Positions 1-10,056 of a DNA stretch of 60,537 bases are shown here, piece by piece. Below the pieces are notes generated by a model, which had not been told where the DNA came from, did no database searches, and saw only the letters and a list, made by a program, of their open reading frames with translations. Source of the stretch: Escherichia coli (GTDB lineage: Bacteria; Pseudomonadota; Gammaproteobacteria; Enterobacterales; Enterobacteriaceae); NCBI RefSeq assembly GCF_003334255.1, contig NZ_QOWU01000027.1; one strand, given 5' to 3'. The translations under genes and the position numbers were made by a program. Within the stretch, counting starts at the first letter, position 1. The number at the start of each line of letters is the position of its first letter.

Positions 1-2351
1 AGTTATCGTGAGAGTAATTCATCGGCACGTTAAATCATATCAGGCGTAATACCACAACCCTTAAGTTAGCGCTTATGAGTAGTCTCCCCTCCCTGGCTTT
101 CGAAAAAGAAAAAATCGCCGATTCCGGTGCTGGATTTAGCGCCATTAGGCATTGAGCCAATCTGTTATCTGACAGAAGAAATCAGTAATCAACTTTTGGC
201 GAAATATATCTGGTATTCAAAACACATCACGGTTAGCCATGAAGAAAGTACTACCAACCTGTTGGCAAGGATGGGTTTTCAACGACGGATCGCTGGTACA
301 TATATTAAAGCTCCCGAAGCGGTAGTTGAGGCATGGCTAAATGAAGATTATTCAACCTTACTAAGTGAATTTAAGGTGTTTCATTCACCTACCGGGCATT
401 ATTGGCAGTTGGGGATTTTGACAACATTGCCGCTGGAGAAAGCAGTAAAAGCATGGAATGCCCTTACCCTATCTCCACATACCGATACCGAATACTCCAT
501 GTTACATTTTGGACTCAAAGGGTTACCTGGGTTAGTAAACTCACTTGCACGCTATCCACAAGAAGCCTTGCCCATCACGAATTACTTCGCAGCGAGTGAG
601 CTGGCACCTGCCGTCGCCCGCGCCTTCAACAAACTCAAAACCCTACGACAAGACGCCCGTAGCTGGCTGCTAAAATACCCGGAACATGCCATAACCGGCC
701 TGCTACCTGCGGCGCTCGGCAAAGCCGGTGAAGCCCAGGATAACGCCCGCGCTGCCTTGCGTATGCTTACCGAAAACGGTCATCAGCCATTACTGCAAGA
801 AATCGCCCGGCGTTATAACCAGCCGGAAGTAACAGACGCGGTGAACGCTCTGCTTGCGCTCGATCCCTTAGATAATCACCCGACAAAAATCCCCACTCTT
901 CCGGCCTTTTATCAGCCATCGCTCTGGACGCGCCCGGTATTAAAAGCAAACGCCCAATCACTGCCAGATAACGCCCTCCTCCACCTCGGTGAAATGCTCC
1001 GCTTCCCTCAGGAAGAGGCTCTATATCCGGGATTATTGCAGGTGAAAGATGCCTGTACCGCCGACTCACTGGCTGAATTTGCCTGGGATCTGTTTACCGC
1101 CTGGCAGACCGCTGGCGCGCCGTCGAAAGAAAGCTGGGCGTTCACTGCGTTAGGCGTTCTCGGTAACGATGACACCGCCCGCAAACTGACGCCATTAATC
1201 CGCGCCTGGCCTGGCGAATCTCAGCATAAACGTGCCACCGTTGGGTTGGATATTCTCGCTGCTATCGGTAGTGATATCGCCCTGATGCAGCTTAACGGCA
1301 TCGCCCAGAAACTGAAATTCAAAGCATTACAGGAGCGGGCAAAAGAAAAAATTGCCGACATTGCCGAAAGTCGCGAACTCACGGTGGCGGAGCTTGAAGA
1401 TCGGTTAGCACCGGATCTCGGTCTGGATGATAACGGTTCGCTGCTGCTGGATTTCGGCCCACGTCAGTTCACCGTCAGCTTTGATGAAACCTTAAAACCG
1501 TTTGTGCGCGATGCTTCCGGCAGCCGCCTGAAAGACCTGCCCAAACCAAACAAAAGCGATGATGAATCGCGGGCTGATGAGGCGGTTAACCGCTACAAAC
1601 TGCTGAAAAAAGATGCGCGTACCGTCGCCGCCCAGCAGGTGGCAAGGCTTGAATCCGCCATGTGCCTGCGCCGCCGCTGGTCACCAGAAAACTTCCAGCT
1701 CTTCCTGGTTGAGCACCCGATGGTTCGCCACTTAACCCGACGTCTGATTTGGGGCGTTTATAGCGCCGACAACCAGCTACAGGCGTGCTTTAGGGTAGCG
1801 GAAGATAACAGCTACAGCACCGCTGACGATGATCTTTTCACCCTGCCGGAAGGCGATATCTCTCTTGGTATTCCTCACGTTCTGGAAATATCACCGACGG
1901 ATGCTGCCGCCTTTGGTCAGCTTTTGCCGACTACGAACTGCTACCACCGTTCCGTCAGCTTGACCGTAACAGTTACGCCCTGACAGAAGCCGAGCGCAAT
2001 GCCAGCGAATTGATCCGCTGGGCAGGCAGAAAATGCCCGAGTGGTCGGGTAATGGGGCTGGCGAATAAAGGCTGGATAAAGGGCACCCCGCAGGATGCAG
2101 GCTGGATCGGCTGGATGATCAAACCTCTCGGTCGCTGGTCGTTAATCATGGAAATCGATGAAGGCTTTGCGGTAGGCATGTCGCCAGCCGAACTCAGCGC
2201 TGAGCAGCTCTTAAGCAAGCTGTGGCTATGGGAAGGCAAAGCAGAAAGATATGGCTGGGGGAGTAATTCAACACAGGAAGCGCAGTTCTCCGTAATCGAT
2301 GCCATCACCGCCAGCGAGCTAATTAACGATATTGAAGCCCTGTTTGAATAA
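1..2351 (+). pseudogene. molR: molR-like giant DUF4132-family gene, 3' portion, disrupted; window-truncated at 5' end
   Basis: ORF 127..1983 (GTG at 127, frame open back to 79) aligns block-for-block with YehI residues ~440-1150 (GEMLRF, FAWDLFTAWQ, LDFGPRQFTV, RLIWGVY). The homologous reading continues in another frame as ORF 2010..2351 (FADYELLPPFRQL...). The frame switch maps to a T-run at 1922-1925. Stops in all three frames within 1..78. Confidence 0.8.
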
Positions 2352-2360
2352 GGAAAGAGC

Positions 2361-5300
2361 ATGGACAAGGAATTACCGTGGCTGGCGGATAACGCCCAAC
2401 TGGAACTGAAATATAAAAAAGGCAAAACGCCGCTCAGTCATCGTCGCTGGCCGGGCGAACCAGTGTCCGTTATCACTGGAAGTCTCATCCAGACATTGGG
2501 TGATGAATTGCTACAAAAAGCTGAGAAGAAAAAAAACATTGTCTGGCGTTATGAGAATTTTTCACTGGAGTGGCAGTCCGCCATCACGCAGGCCATCAAC
2601 TTGATCGGCGAACACAAACCCTCAATCCCGGCCCGGACAATGGCGGCGCTAGCCTGTATCGCGCAAAATGACAGCCAACAGTTGCTCGACGAAATCGTCC
2701 AACAAGAGGGGCTGGAATATGCGACTGAGGTGGTGATTGCACGCCAGTTTATTGCGCGGTGTTATGAGAGTGATCCTCTGGTAGTGACATTGCAGTATCA
2801 GGACGAGGATTATGGCTATGGTTATCGCTCAGAAACCTATAACGAATTCGATCTCCGACTGCGTAAGCATCTCTCTCTGGCAGAGGAAAGCTGCTGGCAG
2901 CGTTGCGCCGACAAACTCATTGCCGCACTACCAGGAATAACCAAAGTTCGCCGCCCTTTTATTGCGCTGATCCTCCCGGAAAAACCAGAAATAGCCAATG
3001 AGTTGGTAGGCCTTGAATGCCCGCGAACTCATTTTCATTCTAAGGAGTGGTTAAAAGTTGTTGCTAATGACCCCACAGCGGTGAGAAAACTCGAACACTA
3101 CTGGAGCCAGGATATATTTAGCGATCGAGAAGCCAGCTACATGTCGCATGAAAACCACTTCGGCTACGCGGCCTGCGCCGCCCTTTTGCGCGAACAAGGA
3201 CTGGCAGCCATTCCGCGCCTCGCGATGTATGCCCATAAAGAAGATTGCGGCAGTCTGCTGGTACAAATTAACCATCCGCAAGTCATCCGCACCTTGCTAC
3301 TGGTGGCTGATAAAAACAAACCCAGCCTGCAACGTGTGGCTAAATACAGTAAAAACTTCCCCCATGCGACGCTCGCCGCACTGGCAGAACTGCTGGCGTT
3401 AACAGAACCACCAGCCCGCCCTGGTTATCCAATCATCGAAGACAAAAAGCTGCCTGCACAGCAAAAAGCACGCGATGAATACTGGCGTACGCTGTTACAA
3501 ACGCTGATGGCATCGCAGCCACAACTGGCAGCAGAAGTGATGCCGTGGTTAAGTACTCAACCCCAGTCAGTGCTGAAGAGTTATTTATCGGCACCGCCCA
3601 AACCGGTTATTGATGGCACCGATAACAGCAATCTGCCAGAAATCCTCGTTTCACCACCGTGGCGTAGTAAGAAAAAAATGACAGCTCCACGTCTTGATTT
3701 GGCACCGCTCGAATTAACTCCGCAAGTTTACTGGCAACCAGGCGAACAAGAGAGGCTTGCCGCCACTGAGCCTGCCCGTTATTTCAGCACGGAATCTCTT
3801 GCGCAACGCATGGAACAAAAAAGTGGACGAGTTGTATTACAGGAACTGGGTTTTGGGGATGATGTATGGCTGTTTCTGAATTATATACTCCCCGGAAAAC
3901 TGGATGCTGCACGCAATTCACTCATTGTTCAGTGGCATTACTACCAGGGGCGGGTTGAAGAGATCCTGAATGGCTGGAACTCCCCGGAAGCACAATTAGC
4001 AGAACAGGCGCTCCGCAGCGGTCACATAGAAGCGTTAATTAACATATGGGAAAATGACAACTACTCACGTTATCGTCCGGAAAAGAGTGTCTGGAACCTG
4101 TATTTATTGGCACAGTTGCCGCGTGAGATGGCTTTGACCTTCTGGCTGCGTATCAATGAGAAAAAGCATCTGTTCGCGGGTGAGGACTATTTTCTCAGTA
4201 TCCTCGGATTGGATGCGCTACCAGGTCTGCTGTTGGCTTTTTCACATCGTCCAAAAGAAACATTTCCGTTAATTTTAAATTTCGGCGCAACAGAACTGGC
4301 CCTGCCCGTTGCCCGCGTCTGGCACCGTTTTGCGGGCCAGCGTAATCTGGCTCGCCAGTGGATTTTACAATGGCCGGAACATACGGCTACTGCACTTATT
4401 CCACTCGTCTTTGTTAAACCCTGCGACAACAGCGAAGCGGCATTATTTGCCCTTCGTTTACTGTATGAACAAGGACATAGTGAATTACTGCAAACGGTTG
4501 CAAACCGCTGGGATCGCGCTGATATGTGGCCAGCCCTGGAAAAAATACTTACCCAGAACCCGATGGAAATTTACCCGGCACGCATTCCAAAAGCCCCTGA
4601 TTTCTGGCATCCGCAAATGTGGTCCAGGCCGCGCCTTATCACTAATAATCAAACTGTTACCAATGACGCTCTGGAAATTATCGGCGAAATGCTGCGCTTT
4701 ACCCAGGGGGGACGTTTTTATAGCGGGCTGGAACAACTGAAAACGTTCTGCCAGCCACAAACGCTGGCAGCTTTTGCCTGGGATCTCTTCACTGCGTGGC
4801 AACAAGCTGGTGCCCCCGCAAAAGACAACTGGGCATTTCTGGCGTTAAGTCTCTTTGGTGACGAAAGCACGGCACGGGATCTGACGACACAGATCCTCGC
4901 CTGGCCACAAGAAGGCAAATCTGCCCGTGCTGTCAGCGGCCTGAACATCCTTACCCTGATGAATAATGATATGGCGCTGATACAGCTGCATCATATATCG
5001 CAACGGGCTAAATCCCGCCCCTTACGTGATAACGCGGCGGAATTTCTTCAGGTGGTCGCAGAAAATCGCGGGCTAAGCCAGGAAGAGCTAGCGGACAGAT
5101 TAGTCCCAACCCTGGGCCTTGATGATCCGCAGGCGTTGAGTTTTGATTTTGGTCCCCGGCAGTTTACCGTTCGCTTCGATGAAAATCTCAACCCGGTTAT
5201 CTTTGATCAGCAAAACGTTCGCCAGAAAAGCGTTCCCCGTTTGCGCGCCGATGACGATCAACTGAAAGCGCCCGAGGCACTGGCCCGACTAAAAGGGCTA

Positions 5301-5993
5301 AAAAAAGATGCTACTCAGGTGAGCAAAAACCTGCTCCCGCGTCTTGAAACGGCCCTACGTACCACCCGACGCTGGTCGCTGGCAGATTTTCATTCTCTGT
5401 TTGTTAATCATCCCTTTACCCGTCTGGTTACCCAGCGATTAATATGGGGGGTTTATCCGGCAAATGAACCGCGTTGTTTACTCAAAGCCTTTCGTGTGGC
5501 CGCAGAGGGGGAGTTCTGCAATGCGCAAGATGAGCCAATTGACCTGCCTGCGGACGCTCTGATTGGCATTGCCCACCCGTTAGAAATGACAGCAGAAATG
5601 CGCAGTGAATTTGCACAGCTTTTTGCCGATTACGAAATTATGCCGCCTTTTCGCCAGTTGTCGCGCCGCACGGTGCTGCTCACACCTGACGAGTCAACCA
5701 GTAACAGCCTGACTCGCTGGGAAGGTAAATCCGCTACCGTTGGGCAACTTATGGGAATGCGATACAAAGGCTGGGAGTCAGGCTATGAGGACGCATTTGT
5801 CTATAACCTGGGTGAGTACCGGCTGGTCCTTAAGTTTTCACCCGGTTTTAACCACTACAATGTTGATAGCAAAGCGCTAATGAGCTTCCGTTCTCTTCGA
5901 GTGTACCGTGACAATAAATCCGTCACTTTTGCCGAACTTGATGTGTTTGATTTGAGTGAGGCGTTAAGCGCACCTGACGTCATTTTCCATTAA
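2361..5993 (+). CDS. yehI: YehI, large DUF4132-family protein of unknown function (1210 aa)
   Basis: Single ORF of 1210 aa; ATG at 2361 preceded by AAGGAAAGAG; C-terminal ~700 aa paralogous to the molR fragment upstream. Confidence 0.93.
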   Translation: MDKELPWLADNAQLELKYKKGKTPLSHRRWPGEPVSVITGSLIQTLGDELLQKAEKKKNIVWRYENFSLEWQSAITQAINLIGEHKPSIPARTMAALACIAQNDSQQLLDEIVQQEGLEYATEVVIARQFIARCYESDPLVVTLQYQDEDYGYGYRSETYNEFDLRLRKHLSLAEESCWQRCADKLIAALPGITKVRRPFIALILPEKPEIANELVGLECPRTHFHSKEWLKVVANDPTAVRKLEHYWSQDIFSDREASYMSHENHFGYAACAALLREQGLAAIPRLAMYAHKEDCGSLLVQINHPQVIRTLLLVADKNKPSLQRVAKYSKNFPHATLAALAELLALTEPPARPGYPIIEDKKLPAQQKARDEYWRTLLQTLMASQPQLAAEVMPWLSTQPQSVLKSYLSAPPKPVIDGTDNSNLPEILVSPPWRSKKKMTAPRLDLAPLELTPQVYWQPGEQERLAATEPARYFSTESLAQRMEQKSGRVVLQELGFGDDVWLFLNYILPGKLDAARNSLIVQWHYYQGRVEEILNGWNSPEAQLAEQALRSGHIEALINIWENDNYSRYRPEKSVWNLYLLAQLPREMALTFWLRINEKKHLFAGEDYFLSILGLDALPGLLLAFSHRPKETFPLILNFGATELALPVARVWHRFAGQRNLARQWILQWPEHTATALIPLVFVKPCDNSEAALFALRLLYEQGHSELLQTVANRWDRADMWPALEKILTQNPMEIYPARIPKAPDFWHPQMWSRPRLITNNQTVTNDALEIIGEMLRFTQGGRFYSGLEQLKTFCQPQTLAAFAWDLFTAWQQAGAPAKDNWAFLALSLFGDESTARDLTTQILAWPQEGKSARAVSGLNILTLMNNDMALIQLHHISQRAKSRPLRDNAAEFLQVVAENRGLSQEELADRLVPTLGLDDPQALSFDFGPRQFTVRFDENLNPVIFDQQNVRQKSVPRLRADDDQLKAPEALARLKGLKKDATQVSKNLLPRLETALRTTRRWSLADFHSLFVNHPFTRLVTQRLIWGVYPANEPRCLLKAFRVAAEGEFCNAQDEPIDLPADALIGIAHPLEMTAEMRSEFAQLFADYEIMPPFRQLSRRTVLLTPDESTSNSLTRWEGKSATVGQLMGMRYKGWESGYEDAFVYNLGEYRLVLKFSPGFNHYNVDSKALMSFRSLRVYRDNKSVTFAELDVFDLSEALSAPDVIFH

Positions 5994-6053
5994 AACACAG
6001 CGGGCAGTGATGCAACTGCCCGTTATCAACACGACTTACCAGCGGGGAAAGCG

Positions 6054-6371
6054 ATGATCGTGCAAAAAGAGCTGGTTGCTATTTACGATTATGAGGTCCC
6101 TGTACCTGAAGATCCGTTTTCCTTCAGACTTGAGATCCATAAATGCTCTGAATTATTTACAGGTTCCGTCTATCGACTGGAGCGATTCCGGCTACGTCCA
6201 ACATTTCATCAACGTGATCGAGAAGATGCTGACCCGCTAATAAATGATGCGTTGATTTATATAAGAGATGAGTGTATTGATGAGCGGAAATTACGAGGTG
6301 AATCACCTGAAACTGTAATAGCAATTTTTAATCGTGAACTACAGAATATATTCAACCAAGAAATAGAATAA
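6054..6371 (+). CDS. yehK: YehK, small protein of unknown function (105 aa)
   Basis: ORF 6054..6371; GGGGAAAG upstream of ATG; length matches E. coli YehK. Confidence 0.85.
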   Translation: MIVQKELVAIYDYEVPVPEDPFSFRLEIHKCSELFTGSVYRLERFRLRPTFHQRDREDADPLINDALIYIRDECIDERKLRGESPETVIAIFNRELQNIFNQEIE

Positions 6372-6540
6372 TATACTCTAAATAATTCAAATTGGTCCGA
6401 TCCGGCGCAACGTCCCAATGGCCTGGATTATAAATCTCATTATCTTAATTGCAACGGGGTCCAGCCGTGGTTATAATTCGTTCGTTGGAACACGATGTTG
6501 CACAGGCTGTGGTGTTAGGCCTGAAAATAGTAAATAAAAG

Positions 6541-6572
6541 AACCTGCCTCACCAGCAGGTTTTTTTATTTAC
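6541..6572 (+). terminator. Rho-independent terminator (hairpin ACCTGC-CTCACCA-GCAGGT followed by T7)
   Basis: Perfect 6-bp GC-rich stem, 7-nt loop, then TTTTTTTATTT on the + strand, about 170 bp downstream of the yehK stop. Confidence 0.8.
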
Positions 6573-6677
6573 TGTGATCTGCTTTCCAGATATTTTTCGC
6601 TCAAACAACTAATGCGCCAAACATTTATTGCGCGTAAAATATCGTTTATTTCATTAATACATTTCAGGGATGAATAT

Positions 6678-7766
6678 ATGTCACCGCAGAATAATCATCT
6701 GCAGCGTCCGCCTGCTGCTGTGTTATACGCCGATGAACTGGCAAAATTAAAACAAAATGATAACGCACCTTGCCCGCCCGGTTGGCAGTTAAGTTTGCCT
6801 GCGGCCCGTGCTTTTATCCTTGGCGACGAAGCGCAAAATATCAGCCGTAAAGTGGTGATTAGCCCCTCCGCTGTCGAACGTATGTTAGTCACTCTTGCTA
6901 CCGGCCGCGGTTTGATGTTGGTGGGGGAACCGGGTACCGCAAAATCTCTTCTTTCTGAATTACTGGCAACCGCTATTAGCGGCGATGCCGGGTTAACCAT
7001 CCAGGGCGGGGCATCTACCACCGAAGATCAAATCAAGTATGGCTGGAACTACGCCCTGCTTATCAATCATGGTCCGTCAACGGAAGCGCTGGTCCCTGCC
7101 CCGCTTTATCAGGGAATGCGCGACGGCAAAATCGTCCGTTTCGAAGAGATAACGCGTACACCGCTGGAAGTGCAGGACTGTCTGTTAGGTATGCTTTCTG
7201 ACAGGGTGATGACGGTGCCGGAACTCACTGGTGAAGCCAGTCAGCTCTATGCGCGAGAAGGCTTTAATATTATTGCCACTGCCAATACCCGCGATCGCGG
7301 CGTCAATGAAATGAGTGCTGCGCTAAAGCGTCGCTTCGATTTTGAAACGGTTTTTCCGATTATGGATTTCGCCCAGGAGTTGGAACTGGTCGCCAGTGCT
7401 TCGGCGCGTTTGCTGGCCCATAGCGGTATTCCGCATAAAGTGCCTGACGCGGTACTGGAATTACTGGTCCGCACCTTCCGCGATCTGCGTGCCAACGGCG
7501 AAAAGAAAACGTCAATGGATACACTGACAGCGATTATGTCCACCGCTGAAGCCGTGAACGTGGCCCATGCTGTGGGCGTCCGCGCCTGGTTTTTAGCGAA
7601 TCGCGCGGGGGAGCCTGCCGACCTGGTGGAATGTATTGCCGGAACCATCGTCAAAGATAACGAAGAAGATCGCGCGCGTCTGCGCCGTTACTTCGAACAG
7701 CGTGTCGCCACACATAAAGAAGCTCACTGGCAGGCTTATTATCAAGCCCGCCACCGCCTGCCGTGA
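6678..7766 (+). CDS. yehL: YehL, MoxR/AAA_5-type AAA+ ATPase (362 aa)
   Basis: ORF track 6612..7766; start placed at ATG 6678 (MSPQNNH) to give the 362-aa length. Walker A GEPGTAKS at ~6925-6948; Walker B-like VRFEEITR; stop TGA at 7764-7766. Confidence 0.9.
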   Translation: MSPQNNHLQRPPAAVLYADELAKLKQNDNAPCPPGWQLSLPAARAFILGDEAQNISRKVVISPSAVERMLVTLATGRGLMLVGEPGTAKSLLSELLATAISGDAGLTIQGGASTTEDQIKYGWNYALLINHGPSTEALVPAPLYQGMRDGKIVRFEEITRTPLEVQDCLLGMLSDRVMTVPELTGEASQLYAREGFNIIATANTRDRGVNEMSAALKRRFDFETVFPIMDFAQELELVASASARLLAHSGIPHKVPDAVLELLVRTFRDLRANGEKKTSMDTLTAIMSTAEAVNVAHAVGVRAWFLANRAGEPADLVECIAGTIVKDNEEDRARLRRYFEQRVATHKEAHWQAYYQARHRLP

Positions 7767-7776
7767 GGAAAGATGC

Positions 7777-10056
7777 ATGAGCGAGCCGTTAATTGTCGGC
7801 ATCCGGCATCATAGTCCGGCCTGCGCCCGGCTGGTGAAATCGTTAATCGAAAGCCAGCGGCCACGATACGTGTTGATTGAAGGCCCGGCTGATTTTAATG
7901 ACCGGGTAGACGAACTGTTTTTAGCCCACCAGCTTCCGGTAGCTATTTACAGTTATTGCCAGTATCAGGACGGTGCAGCCCCCGGGCGTGGTGCCTGGAC
8001 GCCATTTGCTGAATTTTCGCCGGAGTGGCAGGCGCTACAAGCCGCACGTCGCATTCAGGCACAAACTTACTTCATCGATTTGCCTTGCTGGGCGCAGAGT
8101 GAAGAAGAGGACGATTCGCCTGATACGCAAGATGAAAGCCAGGCCTTACTGCTGCGTGCCACCCGCATGGATAACAGCGATACCCTGTGGGATCACTTGT
8201 TCGAAGATGAAAGCCAGCAAACTGCATTACCCTCTGCGCTGGCGCACTATTTTGCCCAACTGCGGGGCGACGCCTCCGGCGATGCGCTCAATCGTCAGCG
8301 CGAAGCCTTTATGGCCCGCTGGATTGGATGGGCGATGCAGCAAAATAATGGCGACGTGTTAGTTGTCTGCGGTGGCTGGCACGCTCCGGCACTGGCAAAG
8401 ATGTGGCGCGAATGCCCTCAGAAAATTAACAAGCCAGAATTGCCCTCGCTGGCAGATGCCGTTACAGGTTGTTATCTCACACCCTACAGTGAAAAGCGCC
8501 TTGATGTGCTGGCAGGATACCTTTCAGGAATGCCTGCCCCGGTATGGCAAAACTGGTGCTGGCAGTGGGGCTTGCAGAAGGCCGGTGAACAACTGCTAAA
8601 AACTATCCTTACCCGTTTGCGCCAGCACAAATTGCCCGCTTCTACCGCGGATATGGCTGCCGCTCATCTGCATGCGATGGCGCTGGCACAGTTGCGCGGT
8701 CATACACTACCGTTACGCACTGACTGGCTGGATGCCATAGCAGGCTCGCTGATTAAAGAAGCCCTGAACGCGCCGTTGCCGTGGAGCTATCGCGGCGTTA
8801 TTCATCCCGATACCGATCCGATTCTGCTAACGTTGATAGACACATTAGCGGGTGACGGATTCGGTAAACTTGCCCCTTCTACGCCACAACCGCCTCTGCC
8901 AAAAGATGTCACCTGCGAACTGGAACGTACCGCAATCTCCCTTCCGGCGGAGCTTACCTTAAATCGCTTTACCCCCGATGGGCTGGCGCAAAGTCAGGTG
9001 TTACATCGGCTGGCAATACTGGAGATCCCTGGGATTGTACGCCAGCAGGGAAGTACACTGACACTTGCAGGCAACGGTGAAGAACGCTGGAAATTAACCC
9101 ACCCGCTTAGCCAGCATGCGGCATTGATTGAGGCCGCCTGCTTTGGCGCCACGCTCCAGGAAGCCGCACGCAATAAATTAGAAGCCGATATGCTGGACGC
9201 GGGTGGAATCGGCTGCATCACCGCATGTCTTAGCCAGGCGGCGTTAGCGAGTCTGGCGTCCTTCAGTCAACAATTACTGAAGCAACTCACGTTATTAATC
9301 GCCCAGGAAAATCAATTTGCCGAAATGGGCCCGGCGCTGGAAGTGCTATATGCCTTATGGCGGCTGGATGAAATTAGCGGTATGCAAGGTGCGCAGATAT
9401 TACAAACGACGTTATGCGCGGCTATCGATCGCACGCTGTGGCTGTGTGAATCCAACGGCAGACCGGATGAAAAGGAGTTTCACGCTCACCTGCATAGCTG
9501 GCAAGCGTTGTGCCATATTCTGCGCGATCTGCATAGCGGCGTTAATTTACCCGGCGTTTCTCTTTCTGCGGCGGTAGCCTTACTGGAGCGACGCAGTCAG
9601 GCGATTCATGCCCCGGCGCTGGATCGCGGCGCGACTCTTGGTGCGCTGATGCGTCTGGAACATCCCAACGCCAGTGCCGAAGCGGCGCTGACAATGCTGG
9701 CGCAGTTATCCCCGGCACAATCCGGCGAGGCGCTGCACGGTTTGCTGGCATTAGCCCGTCATCAACTGGCCTGTCAGCCGGCATTTATCGCCGGTTTCAG
9801 CAGTCATTTAAATCAACTAAGTGATGCCGATTTTACCAATGCCCTGCCCGATTTACGCGCGGCAATGGCCTGGCTACCGCCACGAGAACGCGGGACGCTG
9901 GCGCATCAGGTGCTTGAGCATTATCAACTGGCGCAACTTCCCGTTTCGGCACTGCAAATGCCGTTGCATTGTCCACCGCAAGCCATTGCACATCATCAAC
10001 AACTCGAACAGCAGGCACTGGCATCGCTGCAACACTGGGGAGTTTTCCATGTCTGA
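7777..10056 (+). CDS. yehM: YehM, protein of unknown function (759 aa)
   Basis: ORF track 7636..10056; start ATG 7777 (MSEPLIVGIRHH), 10 nt after the yehL stop, preceded by GAGGAAAG. Confidence 0.88.
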   Translation: MSEPLIVGIRHHSPACARLVKSLIESQRPRYVLIEGPADFNDRVDELFLAHQLPVAIYSYCQYQDGAAPGRGAWTPFAEFSPEWQALQAARRIQAQTYFIDLPCWAQSEEEDDSPDTQDESQALLLRATRMDNSDTLWDHLFEDESQQTALPSALAHYFAQLRGDASGDALNRQREAFMARWIGWAMQQNNGDVLVVCGGWHAPALAKMWRECPQKINKPELPSLADAVTGCYLTPYSEKRLDVLAGYLSGMPAPVWQNWCWQWGLQKAGEQLLKTILTRLRQHKLPASTADMAAAHLHAMALAQLRGHTLPLRTDWLDAIAGSLIKEALNAPLPWSYRGVIHPDTDPILLTLIDTLAGDGFGKLAPSTPQPPLPKDVTCELERTAISLPAELTLNRFTPDGLAQSQVLHRLAILEIPGIVRQQGSTLTLAGNGEERWKLTHPLSQHAALIEAACFGATLQEAARNKLEADMLDAGGIGCITACLSQAALASLASFSQQLLKQLTLLIAQENQFAEMGPALEVLYALWRLDEISGMQGAQILQTTLCAAIDRTLWLCESNGRPDEKEFHAHLHSWQALCHILRDLHSGVNLPGVSLSAAVALLERRSQAIHAPALDRGATLGALMRLEHPNASAEAALTMLAQLSPAQSGEALHGLLALARHQLACQPAFIAGFSSHLNQLSDADFTNALPDLRAAMAWLPPRERGTLAHQVLEHYQLAQLPVSALQMPLHCPPQAIAHHQQLEQQALASLQHWGVFHV

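Noticed and set aside
1-5993. Annotating molR/yehI as molybdate-responsive transcription regulators
   Set aside because: The name is historical. No helix-turn-helix or other DNA-binding motif is visible in the translations, so only the domain-of-unknown-function call is given.
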